A stretch of DNA of 64,000 nucleotides from Takakia lepidozioides (lineage: Eukaryota; Plantae; Bryophyta). Of this stretch, positions 12,908 to 25,670 are shown piece by piece; within the stretch, counting starts at the first letter, position 1, and each line of letters starts with the position of its first letter. The stretch is from positions 30,070,001-30,134,000 of the forward strand of contig CM060732.1 in assembly GCA_030704615.1 (NCBI GenBank). The letters run 5' to 3'. The position numbers and the translations under genes were made by a program. Below the pieces are notes generated by a model that searched no databases, was not told where the DNA came from, and was given only the letters and a program-made list of their open reading frames with translations.

Positions 12908-14195
12908 TCACATTTTTAAGCTATAGCGGCACCTGAAGTCTTCCAAAGTAGCATTCTTCACAAAGACGGACACGTCGCACCAGGCAGAAGAAACAGCATG
13001 GTGTTTGTAAATGTTCAAGACATTCAGTCTTCCATCAACTCTTGAGGTCGTAGAGACGGGGATCACACCCGCTGCCAGGTCGGTTGTGAAGTTGGACCCT
13101 TCCAAGATTTTCTGTGCTTCTACATGCAGGACCACTGAGATGTCCTCATACCCGTTAGATCCCACTTTCCCTGCTGGAATTGGAGCTTCCCCCACATCGG
13201 TGCCATCGTAGTAAAGTGTTGAGGTACTGTTGGTGTAGGTGAACTCAGCCTTGTTTGGGTTATGTATAGAGAGGTCGAGCTGCAGATTTATACCTGTTAA
13301 AGTGCTCACATTTAATTGGAGGCCAAGAAGTTTCACCTTGGTGACCTTGATATCTGGATCTTTGACCTTGAACACCGTGAACACCAGTATGACGACAATG
13401 ATGATCACCAGCAGGAGAAGTAGGAGGGAGATCCCACAGCATGCCAAGCATTTGCGGCGTTTGTAGATAGGCTGGCCAACCTGCGTGCACATATCTCACG
13501 AATTTAGGTGGGCTCCTGGGAAACCGAATCAGTCAACACCTCCCAGTGAGCTGGAGGTAACCTAAGCTTACCACATTGCGCGGAATATTACGGACAAATA
13601 CACAAGTCGGCCCAGGTAACAAGTGGGGTGGGCTACTATTAATAAAAAGTTTCAATCCTAGAGGCAGAGACTTGGCTCGAGCATGGACCACTTATCTTTG
13701 GTCGACTTGATGTCATCTTCAAGGAGCTGTAATTCTGAGCAGCCTCAGTCCAAGTGTTTACGGATGCCATAACTTCATGAGTACTTGCCGGGCTTTACAG
13801 GTCTGGAGGTCGCTACTTAGCAATGCTAGCCAAAACAATGGAGACTTGAATCATCCCGAAACTTACCCTGACAGACAAAGGAGTTGACATAAATCGTGGT
13901 TCAATGCCTTTCACCCTTCTCATCTCTCCCCTCGTTTTCTCGCATCCGCATTCTTCCACTCCCTCCGATGATGGCGGAAGAAGCAATAATAATCAATTGT
14001 GAAGGATTTTGGAGGAAGAATTGCGTGTAAGAATATAGACCACATTGTGGTTTCAGAGAGAGAGAATGTACTCATATGACGTTGTTTGCCGTAGTAGATT
14101 TCAGTCAGAGAGAGAGAGAGAGAGAGAGTTACCTTGACCTCCGCCTCGCCTCCCAATGTCACTGGCTTCACGTCCACCACCTTCTCTTCCCCCAT
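12908..14195 (-). CDS. LEA_2 / NDR1-HIN1-like single-TM protein
   Basis: Exon 14195-14133 (MGEEKVVDVKPVTLGGEAEVK|GTAACT) joins exon 13480-12908. Protein has RRKCLACCG, a hydrophobic TM, KVKDP, HNPNKAEFTY and YYDG..VGEA.IPAG, the LEA_2 signature. Confidence 0.88.
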
Positions 14196-14983
14196 CTCAC
14201 ACTGGGTGGTCGGTCCCTCCTCCCCTTCACTGCTCTAGTTTGACGAGCTTGCACTGAGGCGGCAGCTTCTTGAGAATACCGCCTCTGAATCAAAATGAGC
14301 TAGACTGGAGGTACGATCTTAAGACGGAATGGCGATGTTACCAATCGACCAAAGTCTGCCAAACGGGAAGAGAGAGACCTCAGCAACCACATAGAACATT
14401 CGAGAGAGAGAAGGAGGGGAGTGAGATGGTGCAGAGCAAAGCGCAGAGAGGTGGCAGAGATGGTGATAGCAACACAGAAACCTGCTGTCTATACTTATCA
14501 GGAGATGCCCCAAGCCGGGTGATCTGACAAGGCTGTGCGAGAGGTCAAAGACGTCCCAGCGCGTTTACACAGAAGCAGCCACCACACCGTCAGTCAGCTG
14601 CGCAGGCTCAGTGTGTAATAAGTACTCAGACACGGCCTGCAGGCCTACTGCCCCCCTCTCTACTCTCTACTCTCTACTCTCTTCCACAAATTTTCATCTG
14701 CACTTGTCTGCTGACCGGACCCTCTGTTTCGGTGGGTAGCGTCACAGTGGCGGTGTGGGGGGATGGGAGTGAGCAGCAAGAGATCAAGGGCGTGCCTAGC
14801 AAGTGATAACTTAAGTATTTTGTGACTTGGTTGTTTTGGTGTGACCAACCATCACATGGCCGCACCATTATTATTGACTGTGGCTAAGCGTCGCATGAAG
14901 CCAGTGAGACTCTTTTTGTCGCTGTTGTTGTGAGAATTCAAAGGAGTCGCCGACCATTTTAGTTGGAAATCAGTTCCGGCTCA

Positions 14984-15330
14984 CATGAGAAGCCGCATAC
15001 TCCAACATTGGAGAGGATGACCAACATTGCCCCTTACAAGACTCTGGCCGTGTGTTCCCACAATTTAGTTCTGGATCGCATGAAAAGCCGCATACTCCGA
15101 TGTGGGAGAGAGTGATGACCAACATTGCCCCTTACAAGACTCTGGCCGTGTGTTCCCACAATTTAGTTCTGGATCGCATGAAAAGCCGCATACGAGAGTG
15201 ATGACCAACATTGCCCTCCGGCCGTGTGGTCCAACAATTTGGTAGGAAATTAATTAGTCCTGGATTGCATGAAAAATCTCATACTCCGACTTAGGACCAA
15301 CATTTCTCCCCACAAGAGTCTGGCCATGTG
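14984..15330 (+). repeat. Tandem repeat, ~95-bp unit, about 3.5 copies
   Basis: Unit CATGAAAAGCCGCATACTCC...GATGACCAACATTGCCCCTTACAAGACTCTGGCCGTGTGTTCCCACAATTTAGTTCTGGATCG starts at about 14984, 15079, 15177 and 15268 (degenerate). Confidence 0.85.
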
Positions 15331-15877
15331 GCGATGATCTCATAAGAGCACTAGAAAAGTAGTGGTGATCTGTCTTGAGGGAAGGTGAACAAATATTGGC
15401 CACAATATAAAAAAATCAAGCAATAATGAGGCCATTGTATGATTTTGAACCCCCCCCAAAAAAAAAAAAACCCTGCAAATTAGGCGACATGCCACATTCC
15501 ATAGTGTGATAATTGGAGAAGAGGAGGGGAATGAGATTGCAGCCGCCGCCAAACACTTGTTTCTGTTGCCTCCTCCCCAAGGAGAGACCATGCCATTCTT
15601 TTTTCCTCACGTACCTTCGCCTTATCTATCAAGATAATATCTTTCCCAATAAATAGCCATTTTCAGTATACTCCAGATTCTCATCCCTCTATTGTTACCC
15701 GTTCATTCATAACTTGGGGAGTGTTATAATTTCATGTATTTTCCCTTCGTATTTATCCCTTTAGTTCTATTATATTCAATTCCTTTTCCGATTTATCCAT
15801 TCAGCTTTATTATTTATATTCATTTTCTTTCAGTTTTATCAAAGTGACTTCCATTATATATTCAGTTCCTTTCATTT

Positions 15878-16095
15878 AAAAAAAAAAAAAAGGGAAACAA
15901 CAGCTCACAAATCTTGCCCCTTTGATATAGAGAGGAGAAAATAACCTCTCAGTAACCTCGCCATGAAGGCTTTCGGATGCCACACCGCACAGGGAAGGGG
16001 GAGAAGAGCTGACCACACCTATCAAGTAGCAGGATTTGACCCCAGAATCATCTGGGTGGCACTCACTGTACTTTACCAACTGGGCTACTGACAGT
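15878..16095 (-). mobile_element. tRNA-derived SINE-like element
   Basis: On the minus strand: A-box TAGCCCAGTTGG (16087-16076), B-box-like GGGTCAAATCC (16042-16032), a non-tRNA body and a homopolymer tail (A-run at 15878-15891 on +). Confidence 0.6.
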
Positions 16096-18038
16096 TTAAT
16101 CACATTGAGTTCCATTATATTGGGTTCCCTTCAGATTTATCCCTCCAATTCCACATTCAATTTTATCTTTTGGCATTTGTTCTACGCATTTAGTTTATTA
16201 TTATTATTTTATATTGAGGTGAAAACGTGAAAACATGCAAATTTAGATTCTAAATTTCATATTTACTTATTAATTGTTATCTTACACTGTCAGTGCTGAC
16301 AGTTCTGATTTACGTTTTAAATACCTTCATTTTTCTAAAAACTTTAATAATTTATTTTTCTTTTCATAAAATCAGGACCGAGGGCACTAGCATTTCAGTT
16401 TTGTAATTAGGGTGGAGCCGTTGTGCGACTAGCTGCTTGTTGTAAAATGTCTCCATCATATAATAAAAGCAATTACTGGTAGCTACATAACTAGGTGGAG
16501 CTACGGGGTCGAAATTTATAAAAGAAAAATAGATATGAAGTGAGATCGGACGCGGGGGACCACGTCTCTCCGTCACTTTCTGGCTCCAATATACTTAGGG
16601 CCCAACATGCGGCTCCTGCCCCACATCCAACGGCTGGGACTGCCCACAATCTTGACCGCGGCGGCCCCACTAAGGATGCCATCTGTGGCACCTACCCTAC
16701 ATCTTGTGGATGCAATCCTCAATTTATCATCCTCTTTTGCCTATACACCAATAGGCTGCAATCTTGCCAAATATGCAAGGGCTGCCCTGGGTCTGCCAAA
16801 TGGCGCACATCCAAGCCTTCTCTTCCAAAGGACCGGACTGTTACTCGCTACCAGGTTTAGTTCCTTAAAACAGTAATAATATATATATATACAGGTAAAA
16901 TGAGAGGTAAAAGATGGGGACAGTTGGGCGCAGGACGCGGAGAGCGTACGGAGCAGTAAAGAGGCGTAAATGAGGGTTGACTGGCCCAGGCGGTACATAG
17001 CCTACAACTGAGGCATAAATGAGGGGTGACGGGCACAAGCGGTCGCCTATAAATGGCGTTGAATAACCGCGCAACTACCCCGCCTGCATTTCCGCTCGCC
17101 CTTTATTGCCCTCCCGCTCACCTACTACCGCCCTGTCCCGGTCACCCACTACACCGCCTTTGTTCCCCATCCTGTGCGGAACGTCAAATTGGAGACTCTT
17201 CGTAAGCAATCTCGGTGAACTTGTTCCCTGTTATTTGGGGAACTTGAGCTACCGGCGATGACCCACGATGCCGGTCGTCCCGACCGGCAGTAGCCGTTCA
17301 AAGTTTGATTGTGGCGCCCGCCCCTTCTGTCCAGCCCACCGGCTACCGCCGGTGCGGCATGACGATCCAGTGGTTTTATGCAGTGGCGAAACCGGTGCAC
17401 ATCGTGGCTATACGTCGCGCGACTGTTGTGGCGAAACTGGGGCGGGCAGGCAGCGGTAGCCTGAAAGGGCGACATTTGTAATGTGCCGCCGCCCACCGTA
17501 TCTACGGCGCATCTGTCGGCATCTCCAGTCTCATCCAACGAATGAAGGGCCTGAATACATGTTCCATCATCCAACAGCTTTGGCCTAATTGCAGATGAAA
17601 AATGGGATGTACTCATTCATCACTGCACTGACATATGAAAGTGAAACGTTTTCATCCATGAATTGAGAAGTGTTTGCATGCATCCGGACGGGCCGGCAGC
17701 GGACTAAAGAACACAAACTTGTGTGTTTTTTGTTTTTTCTCTTTAATTAATACTTGTGTTTTGTTTTCTCGTACTAAATAGATGGGTAAGCTCAATAATA
17801 AGTTGTATTAAACTGCAAAGGGAAGAGTGTTCAAGAGGCCCTTAGTATACCTACTGACGCTAACTTCGGTTCCCTGGTTATTATATTAAATAAATAAATA
17901 AAAATAAAATAAAAAGAAAGGTTGAAATAAGAAAAGGCTTAAAAGGAGGCAATAAAGGGGGGGAGTTAGTTGGCAGTTGGTGCCGACTACACGGTGAGTA
18001 TCCGACGTGGACGGCCGTCACGCTATCACATCAAGGCT

Positions 18039-18039
<1 letters not shown>

Positions 18040-18083
<44 letters not shown>
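18040..18083 (+). repeat. (CT)n microsatellite
   Basis: Perfect CT run. Similar (GA)n runs lie at 4099-4127 and 14107-14128. Confidence 0.95.
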
Positions 18084-18089
<6 letters not shown>

Positions 18090-21011
18090 GGCTGGCTGTT
18101 GCGCGGCTTGGCAAATGCGGGGGAGCAGTGCGAGCTTGCTGGCAGTTTACACAGAACAGAGTGGAGGAGTAGGAGTGGAAGACAGTAGAGAGAAGGTGTG
18201 ATAGCGTTGGAATATGTGCGGTGTGTGGTATGGGGAGAGAGTGAGTAAGACAGGTCTCATTGGACTTTCCTGGCAAGAAGGTATTGGCTGCATGCCGAGG
18301 GGAACTGTAGAGGAGCTGGGTTGGTAGCTATTGGGACGAGCTCTGGAGCATATCAGGTCCTTGGAGAAGGAGCTCATGTTGTCGAAGTTGAGGCCATTCG
18401 AGCTGGTTTAAGCGTCGCAGTGTTACAGAGTGAGTCTCTCTGCCTCTTCCCCACTTCTCTTACGGTTTTAGTCCCTTTTTACCCTGTGCACGAAATAAAC
18501 TTATTTTCTTGCTACATCTACGCGTCCTCGACGCTACAGTGTAAACATGGAAAGGACAGGGTACCCATATGCTGTAAAGCCCTTGTTCGTGAAGCTCCAT
18601 AACAATGGCACTAGCATGCAGCGAAACCTCTGAAGAGATTGGCAGATATTGAGGACAGAAAACCAACCGATGTGCCGAGTCTTCTGTTTAGAGGTTCCGC
18701 ACTGTACGATCAAGGTCAAATCTGTGGGGGAAGTGGAAGTGCTTACTGAATATCCTGGGTGTTTGCTGGGGAATCTGTGAATGGGAGAGTCTTATTAAAG
18801 GGTCGTATTCATAATCCTCTCCCGCCAACCGGGTGTTGGATGAGGTTATGGGCCTCTCTCTCTCCCTCTCTACCTGTGCTATATGACGTTGGTCCTCTGG
18901 GTCTCCCGTGGATGTGGTATATTCTTTTATTTCTTTGCCTCTCCCTGTTCAAGAGGAAGGGCCTTGTAGTAGATTTGTTTCTTGTTACCTTCCTCCTGCA
19001 GCATCAGTTAAGTGTCACCGTTTTCAGTGGACCGCCAAGATGTATCCCCTTTCAAGAAGTATATATCCCCTTTCAGAAGCGTTCACCCTACGATGCCATG
19101 CCGGCCTCTGCAGTCCTGTGAGTGGGTTAGCAGCCCACCCAGTATATGGGCCTGATTTTTGTTGGAGCTGGCCAACTTTCTCAAAACCAACTCTGGTTCT
19201 GAATTATCTGGACAACAGAGCATCACTGGATGTTGAAAGGACCACCAATGGATCGGACGCCCGGCCGGTCTTTGCAGGTGCCCAGTATCCATTTTCCTAA
19301 AACTAGAAGGAAGTCTGTAAGTAATACTAGGTTATGAGTGAATTTGAAGGGTTTTACAACGAAGGAGCTACATTGATGAAGGTAGCTGCTGGAGCTGGTG
19401 TCACTACTAGAGACTGAGCGCTTTCTGATTAAAACACTTTATTATGGCCCGTGGCATAGGAAATAGGAGGCTGATTGAGGAGGGCACCCAAAGCTCAAAG
19501 GACATGGGAATCACAGAAGTATAGGACCTGTTCAAAGTTTTTAGAATGAAATTTAGTTCCACACCTGGGATATTCTCCAATAGGGTGTTGGAATCAGGGG
19601 CTCCTGATACTCCTCAAAAGTAGGTGCCTACGTAATCACCTTCGAAGAGGTGAGGCGCCCAGTGTCAACCTGGACAAGGTCAAACCCTTGGGTGGGGAAG
19701 ACTTGCTGGACTTTTCTAAGGTCCAGAGGCTTTTACTGTACATTCTGCACATTGGGAGGATTATCTATTTGTGAACTACATGTGCCGTGGCTGCCCCAGT
19801 TTCGAAGCCAACCACAGGAAGAGGGTACCGTGCAAACTCTGCAATGTCAAGCCTCACTTGCTTTTACTCATATTTGTATTAGTGGCCTTATGTGAACCAC
19901 ACTATTGTGTCACTCCTCATGGTATAGGGAATCTGTTGTATGACTAATCTAACATGGGAGAAGTTCTTGTTCAGGTCAGGCAGAAAGCTTGGAGGTCATG
20001 TGGCCAGCTGAGAAAATGGGCATGATGATGAAGCTTCTACTTCTGCTTTTCACAGCATCGATCCTACCGACTCAGACAGAGGCTGACTTAACAATACCCG
20101 GACTATCTGGAACAGGTGTTGACACCAAGCTGGCAGTTTGTAGAACATTTTAGTGTTTTCTCTGTCTGTCAGTCTGTCTGTCTGTTCCCTCTTGTTCCGC
20201 CCAAACTGAGCATGGGGCATATGGCCAGAAGCCCATGGCAAACAATGTCTTATGAGTACTTCCTCTCTCTATGTCAACTGTCTCTCTTGCAACTCCATGT
20301 TCACAAGGCTGCTGCAAATGTCTTATGAGTATATCCTCTTTCTGTCTCTCATAGGCCGTCTACCTGTGTACTAGTACCACAAGCAGCACTCTGTCTCCAA
20401 TTGACATTGGGTTTTTCAACACACTCTTTTAATTTTACTACTAGAACCCAAGGGGCCTCTGCTCCTCCTCTGGACATACTAATCTCTGTCTTCTCTCTTC
20501 ATTGGAGAACCTTCCAACCTAGTTTGAGAAGTCCAGTATCTGCTGAAACTGGAAGCCTCAATTATAAATGTTCCTTACATAACTCCCTATTTTCTCTGTG
20601 CCCTTTAGTGTGCCTGGCACTTTAATTAAAGCCAGTTGGGTCACATCGTTGGTGTGGGCTAGAGGAGTGGTGCTTTGAAACAACCTCATCCTTTCTAGGA
20701 GAAATGCCGATGCCAACCCATAAATCATCACTCAGTTCCCTGTTCCATAATTGATCTCAGGGGTCCAGGAGTGGCATGACAAGTTAGATTGGGTGGCTGA
20801 AAAAAAGACCATGTGAATGGGAGTATCCTGCAAGAGTTCACAATAGCCAATGTCATCGTAAATCAGTAAATTAGTAACATTCTCTCTTTCTCACATCCCT
20901 CCCTCCAGTCACCTTCCGGTAAGGATATTGTACTACATTTACCATCCTGTACATGAGAGCTTTCAAGGAAATCTCACCCGGTTTACTCAATTGCTTACTG
21001 GTTGTGTGCAG

Positions 21012-23647
21012 CCAATGGCTCATGCGCTAATGTCGATTGCCAAAAAGGCACATGTTCCCCAAATACAGGGTCCATTATAGATCTTGTGGCCCCATATAAG
21101 TGCGAATGTGATCCAGGCTGGACCTCTTTTTTGTCCTTTTTTCCCTGCAACATCCCAAACTGTGAGTTCCCTTTCCTTTGTCGCTCTCACTAGTGTCCTA
21201 TCAGTACACAACCTTTCCACCCCCATCAGACCCTCCTTGTCTCTATGCACATGGGTGGGGGTTCTATTGGTCTACATTGTTGCAATGTCTGGGCATTCAC
21301 AGTTGTTGGGTTCGTACGTGAGGTGAAGGAGTGCATTGGCATTGTGTACAGTCAGTGAGGCCATATCTTTATCTGGTCCTTGAGGGGTAGTTGTCAGAAA
21401 ATGGGTCGTGTCTCATTTGTACATCTTCACTCCGATAGACATGGGTTTTAAATACCTGCAAAGGGTTGGTGTGGATGTGGTTGTCCGGCACAGGCACTTT
21501 GAATTTCAGTTGCACTGGCTCATCAGCTCCTGCTCCATCCTCTCCACCTTTAACACCCACTACAAATGGTAAGTTTCAAAGATGCAATCATAACTACAAA
21601 GCTAAAGACTGTATATTTTTATTTGCTGCCAAAGGAAGTGAGCTGTGCAGAAGGTGAGGCAGTCAGGGCAAAACACAGTGGGGTGTCGGAGCTACCCTAT
21701 GCTGTCAACCTATCTGTGATTGCATGCACACTTTGTCACCTTCTGCTCGGTATCAACAGTCTGCTTTCCAGTTTGACAGGGTCAAGGGAAAAGTTTCTGT
21801 ATCGATAGCATGTATTGGTTACGTGTTAATGACAGAAAGTGTTGGTGATCCTTTTGCAGCATGCCTTTGGCCTGGGATTTGTGGGCACGGGAAATGTCTC
21901 ACTGAAAACAATGCCTCCCTCTTTTCTCCCTATACGTGCAGCTGTGATCCAGGGTACAGCAATCTCCTCAACATGACTGGGGGTCTTTGCGTCAGTAATT
22001 GTAAGACCTCTTCTACTTATGGATGGTTTTTTGACATGTAATGAGCAGCTTCTCTCTGACTTGCTCTTGCTCATAGTTGTGGAGACTGATATTCATTTCA
22101 CCTTTTGGCACAACCTAGAAGATTCTCTCCAACCAAAAGGGCTGTATCCCAAGGGCGAGGCTACTGCATCTGTGTGATGATAAGTGCAACACCAAAGGAA
22201 TATGGAATTGGTGTTTTTTCCAAGGTTTCTTGATGGCTTTACAATCTTGTGCGAGATAAAGCATGTTTGCTTGAACTTGTGAGGTTGTATGGCAGGTGAA
22301 CTTGGAGCTGGTTGTTCTCAGCTTGGAATATCACTAGGAACGCCACCATCTGGGTCTTCAAATGGGAATGGGACCGCCGCCATGGCCCCTCCTCCTAATG
22401 CAGGTACCAGTCCTTCTAATGCAGCAACGCCCGAGTCCTCTTCCTCGGGCCAAAGTTCCCCTTCTCCTAGCACAGGTAGAGCAACACCCCAGTCCTCTTC
22501 CTCGGGCCACAGCTCCCCCTCCCCTTAGCACAGGTAGGTTTTCTTAGAATGAAGTTATTCCTTCCTCATCAACGAAACTTTTGGTCTCCTACAAACGACT
22601 CTGCATGGAATCCCATGTTTCTACCCTTGGATGATCCAAGGCTTTCTTATCATGCAGTCCAGGCATCTTGCTTAGTTGGATAGGGGAAAACCTTTTCATT
22701 TCCTTGCAATCCCCCCACAAAGTGGAGGGCCTTTTCTCTCTAAGAGTTTAAAAGCCCCACACCCTGGGTCTAAGGCGACAATCCAAGGGCAAGTGAAGCA
22801 TACTGCATTCATGTCTGTGTGGGAGGCCGGGAGAGTAGAGAGAGGTTTTGTGATTGAATGTCACCCGTTGTAGCCAAACCCACTATGGAAAGGTGGTCGG
22901 TGGGTCAAGTTGTCAGTTAATGTGTGGGTAGCTAGGGATTTGGATTGGGGGAGGTTTGGCCCAGTTATGGCCGTTAGAAGGTACCCACCTTCCAAATGGA
23001 AGGCAGTAGCTCCTTCGGGGTAAAGTTACACCGTAATTTATGCTTGCTTGCTTGGCTGTAGTGTACCTTTGTGATTACTCCACAGTAGCCCAACTTGGAC
23101 TTCTTTCTGATAGAGCAGAGCACTCTGTTACTGGTAGCTGCATACAAGGGCTACTTAATGGATGGAACTTATCAGTCTTATTCCTGGACCTCATTTGAAT
23201 TACCGGCAATAAGTCAAAGAAGGGAGGTCCAAACAAGCAGAAAAGTGGGTCAGTGCTATGAGTACGCCCGGTTAGCATTTGGAAGTACATAGCTCAACAT
23301 TTACTTTCTTAAGAAAAGAAGTGCCATGCCTGTTTTACCTGCCATGGTAGTAGATCGGCATCCAGCGCATCCATGGGGAGGTGTTAAATGTACTTCTGCA
23401 TCTGTTCAGGCAATTCTTTTCAGCCATGGACTGTCTGGATGTGGACAATCTGTTATTGGTTCTTAACCCAGTGAGTCCATTGTTGGGCTGACATCTAGGG
23501 AGAAATGCAGCTCAATGCAGATGTTGTGAGGAGCTCTGACTTTTAATGGGGGCTTTGTTGTGCGCAGGCTGGAGGCATTTACCTCTTGGCTTCTTCACAA
23601 TAGGAGCTCTGGTGATCACGTTATTGTTGTTATCACTGTATTCGTGA
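21012..23647 (+). CDS. Plant EGF-like, probably GPI-anchored protein (signal-peptide exon not identified, likely upstream near 18.1-18.4 kb)
   Basis: Phase-1 exons 21012-21161, 21494-21568, 21860-22000, 22296-22475, 23568-23647. Two EGF-like modules (CANVDCQKGTC...YKCECDPGW; CLWPGICGHGKC...YTCSCDPGY), an S/P-rich stalk and a hydrophobic C-terminus (GFFTIGALVITLLLLSLYS*). Confidence 0.75.
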
Positions 23648-25143
23648 TAAAAAGAGCGATTCAGGTGATCGTGTAATTGTTCTTATCCTTTTATCGTGCT
23701 CCACAATAGCAGTTTTGATGATCATATTAATGTCCTTATCACTGTTGTGATCAATTATGAACGGTTTGTGCTGTGCATTAAACATGAATTTAGAGGGGTT
23801 CCAAGATACAATTACAGATGGTATTAGCTATTGAGTGCTTGAAGCTCAACACGCAAACCATCAGAGATATACCATTGGCTTTCAATCGGACAGAGGGCTG
23901 GAGAAGGTTAGCCACAGATTCAGCAGTTTGGTGGATGTCTCTTTGTGACCTGACAATCCTCATCAACCCCACTGCTCTCCAAATTGTAGCGAGTGTGTTT
24001 ACTTGAGAGAGTGTGTTTACTTGAGAAAGGTCTGTGGTGAGGACTGAGATCTTTGTCAGATCCTCTTTGTTTGTGATTATTCATGTGAGCTGGTGACACC
24101 CACGTAATAAAATTCATTTGGTCTATCCTTTTCTAACATGATTGAGTGTTTTATCACTTCAAAATGAGTATTCTTGAGTACCTTGGAGAAACAGAAAGTA
24201 GCATCTTCTCACAACAGATGGATCTTTCCTGCAATGGTATGAAGACATGAAGGAAGTGAAGGCATTTTCAGAATTCTGTCACTAGGGAGAAGTATAGGAT
24301 TTTGTGCATGGCTTGACTCACCCTCTCAGCATTCATCTTTGTTGCCCATTTTCATCACTTGCCAGCACATTTGTTGAGTCAAATGGAAGGATTGGGTAGA
24401 TTTTTATGTACTGTACAGCCAGGACCTCTCTGGTGTTGATGTCATGTTGGCCGAATCAATCTGTAATGTGCCAGAGCTATTCCTTGTTCTTAAGTATTTA
24501 CATGGGTTCCAAACTGTGGTGACATAGCGTGTTGTGAGTCTGACATTTTTAGTCAGAAAGGTGCACCGCAAAATCCTTTCTCTCAGACTGAAAATGTGTG
24601 TGAAGATGATTCCTGGATCAAGGAAGATGAGTACCGAATGTTACTTCAACCAAGACTGCCCCCTCAATGAATGATCTGGAAGAGGAATAATTCTCACGAA
24701 AGTATGATGCACCAGCCACCAAGGCTATCAACAAAGGTTATTCTTTTGCAACCATGCATTCAATGGCAATCTGCACTTATGCGAGACAGAGCTAATCCAA
24801 CTAGTACACTTGCAATTGTCTCTTGAAACCATGCGCAGCTCACTTTGGTGCTTCACAGGTCATTCGAACATCGGGATTGGAACAGCAGTGTGCCCATCAA
24901 CCAACAACATATATCCTCGTCCAGAAATTCGTCAGCTGACATCCATCGAAGGCTGGTCTGTTTGTTCTTGGTTCACCTAGAAGGTAACTCTTCAATGAAA
25001 GAGAGGAGAAGATGCAAACAGTGTAGAGATTGCAGTGGAGAGGATGCTAGAAGGACGACATACTAGTAAAACAGTAAAAACTTTACCAGAGGGAAGAGGT
25101 GGAGGAAAATTTGTGGTTGGAGGTGCGGTGAAAGAACCTTCAG

Positions 25144-25329
25144 ATGGATGCATCAACTTCATCCTCCACAGCCAGGCAGACATGGAAATCAAGAACAACA
25201 TCTCCAGGGTTCATGGGAACCCTGGGGATGGATTTGGATGCCATCTGGACGATGCTGTACTGAACAGCATCCAGCAACACAAGCCTTGGGCTCGGAATCC
25301 TCATTACTTCAAGAACATAAAGATTTCAG
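25144..25329 (+). pseudogene. CSN5: Orphan, frameshifted first exon of COP9 signalosome subunit 5
   Basis: MDASTSSSTARQTW/(E)IKNNI...DDAVLNSIQQHKPWARNPHYFKNIKIS|GTAAAT matches the plant CSN5 N-terminus (A.KTWELENNI...QQEKPW..DP.YFK.V.IS). One base is missing after TW. No downstream CSN5 exons were found. Confidence 0.8.
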
Positions 25330-25670
25330 GTAAATATTCTCTTAAATCTTCATCAACCCCTTATCTCGAACGAATACTAGCAGTATTTGAACAGCAGCCT
25401 TGAAAAGGACTGACTTGTGCTGATGTTTATCGCAGTTGAAATTTTTGTTTGCTCGGGTTACAATCTCGCATCAACATCATAGGGAAATCCTGGGCATAGC
25501 TGGTGCAAGAACCTGCCTTTCTTCATAAGCTCTTGATGGATTTGCCTCCATTTTAGCCAGATCACAGCTTTTGAGGCGTTTGATTGTTTGAATGAGCACC
25601 ATGTAGCTTAAGCAGTTCTGTAGGATTTCTATGGAATGGAAGGAGTGCTCATGACACCACTCCCATCTTC

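Noticed and set aside
14984-15330. CRISPR-like array
   Set aside because: Whole units repeat with no unique spacers, the context is eukaryotic and there are no cas genes.
16030-16095. tRNA gene
   Set aside because: A- and B-box-like motifs are present, but I could not fold a cloverleaf. The long body and homopolymer tail fit a SINE.
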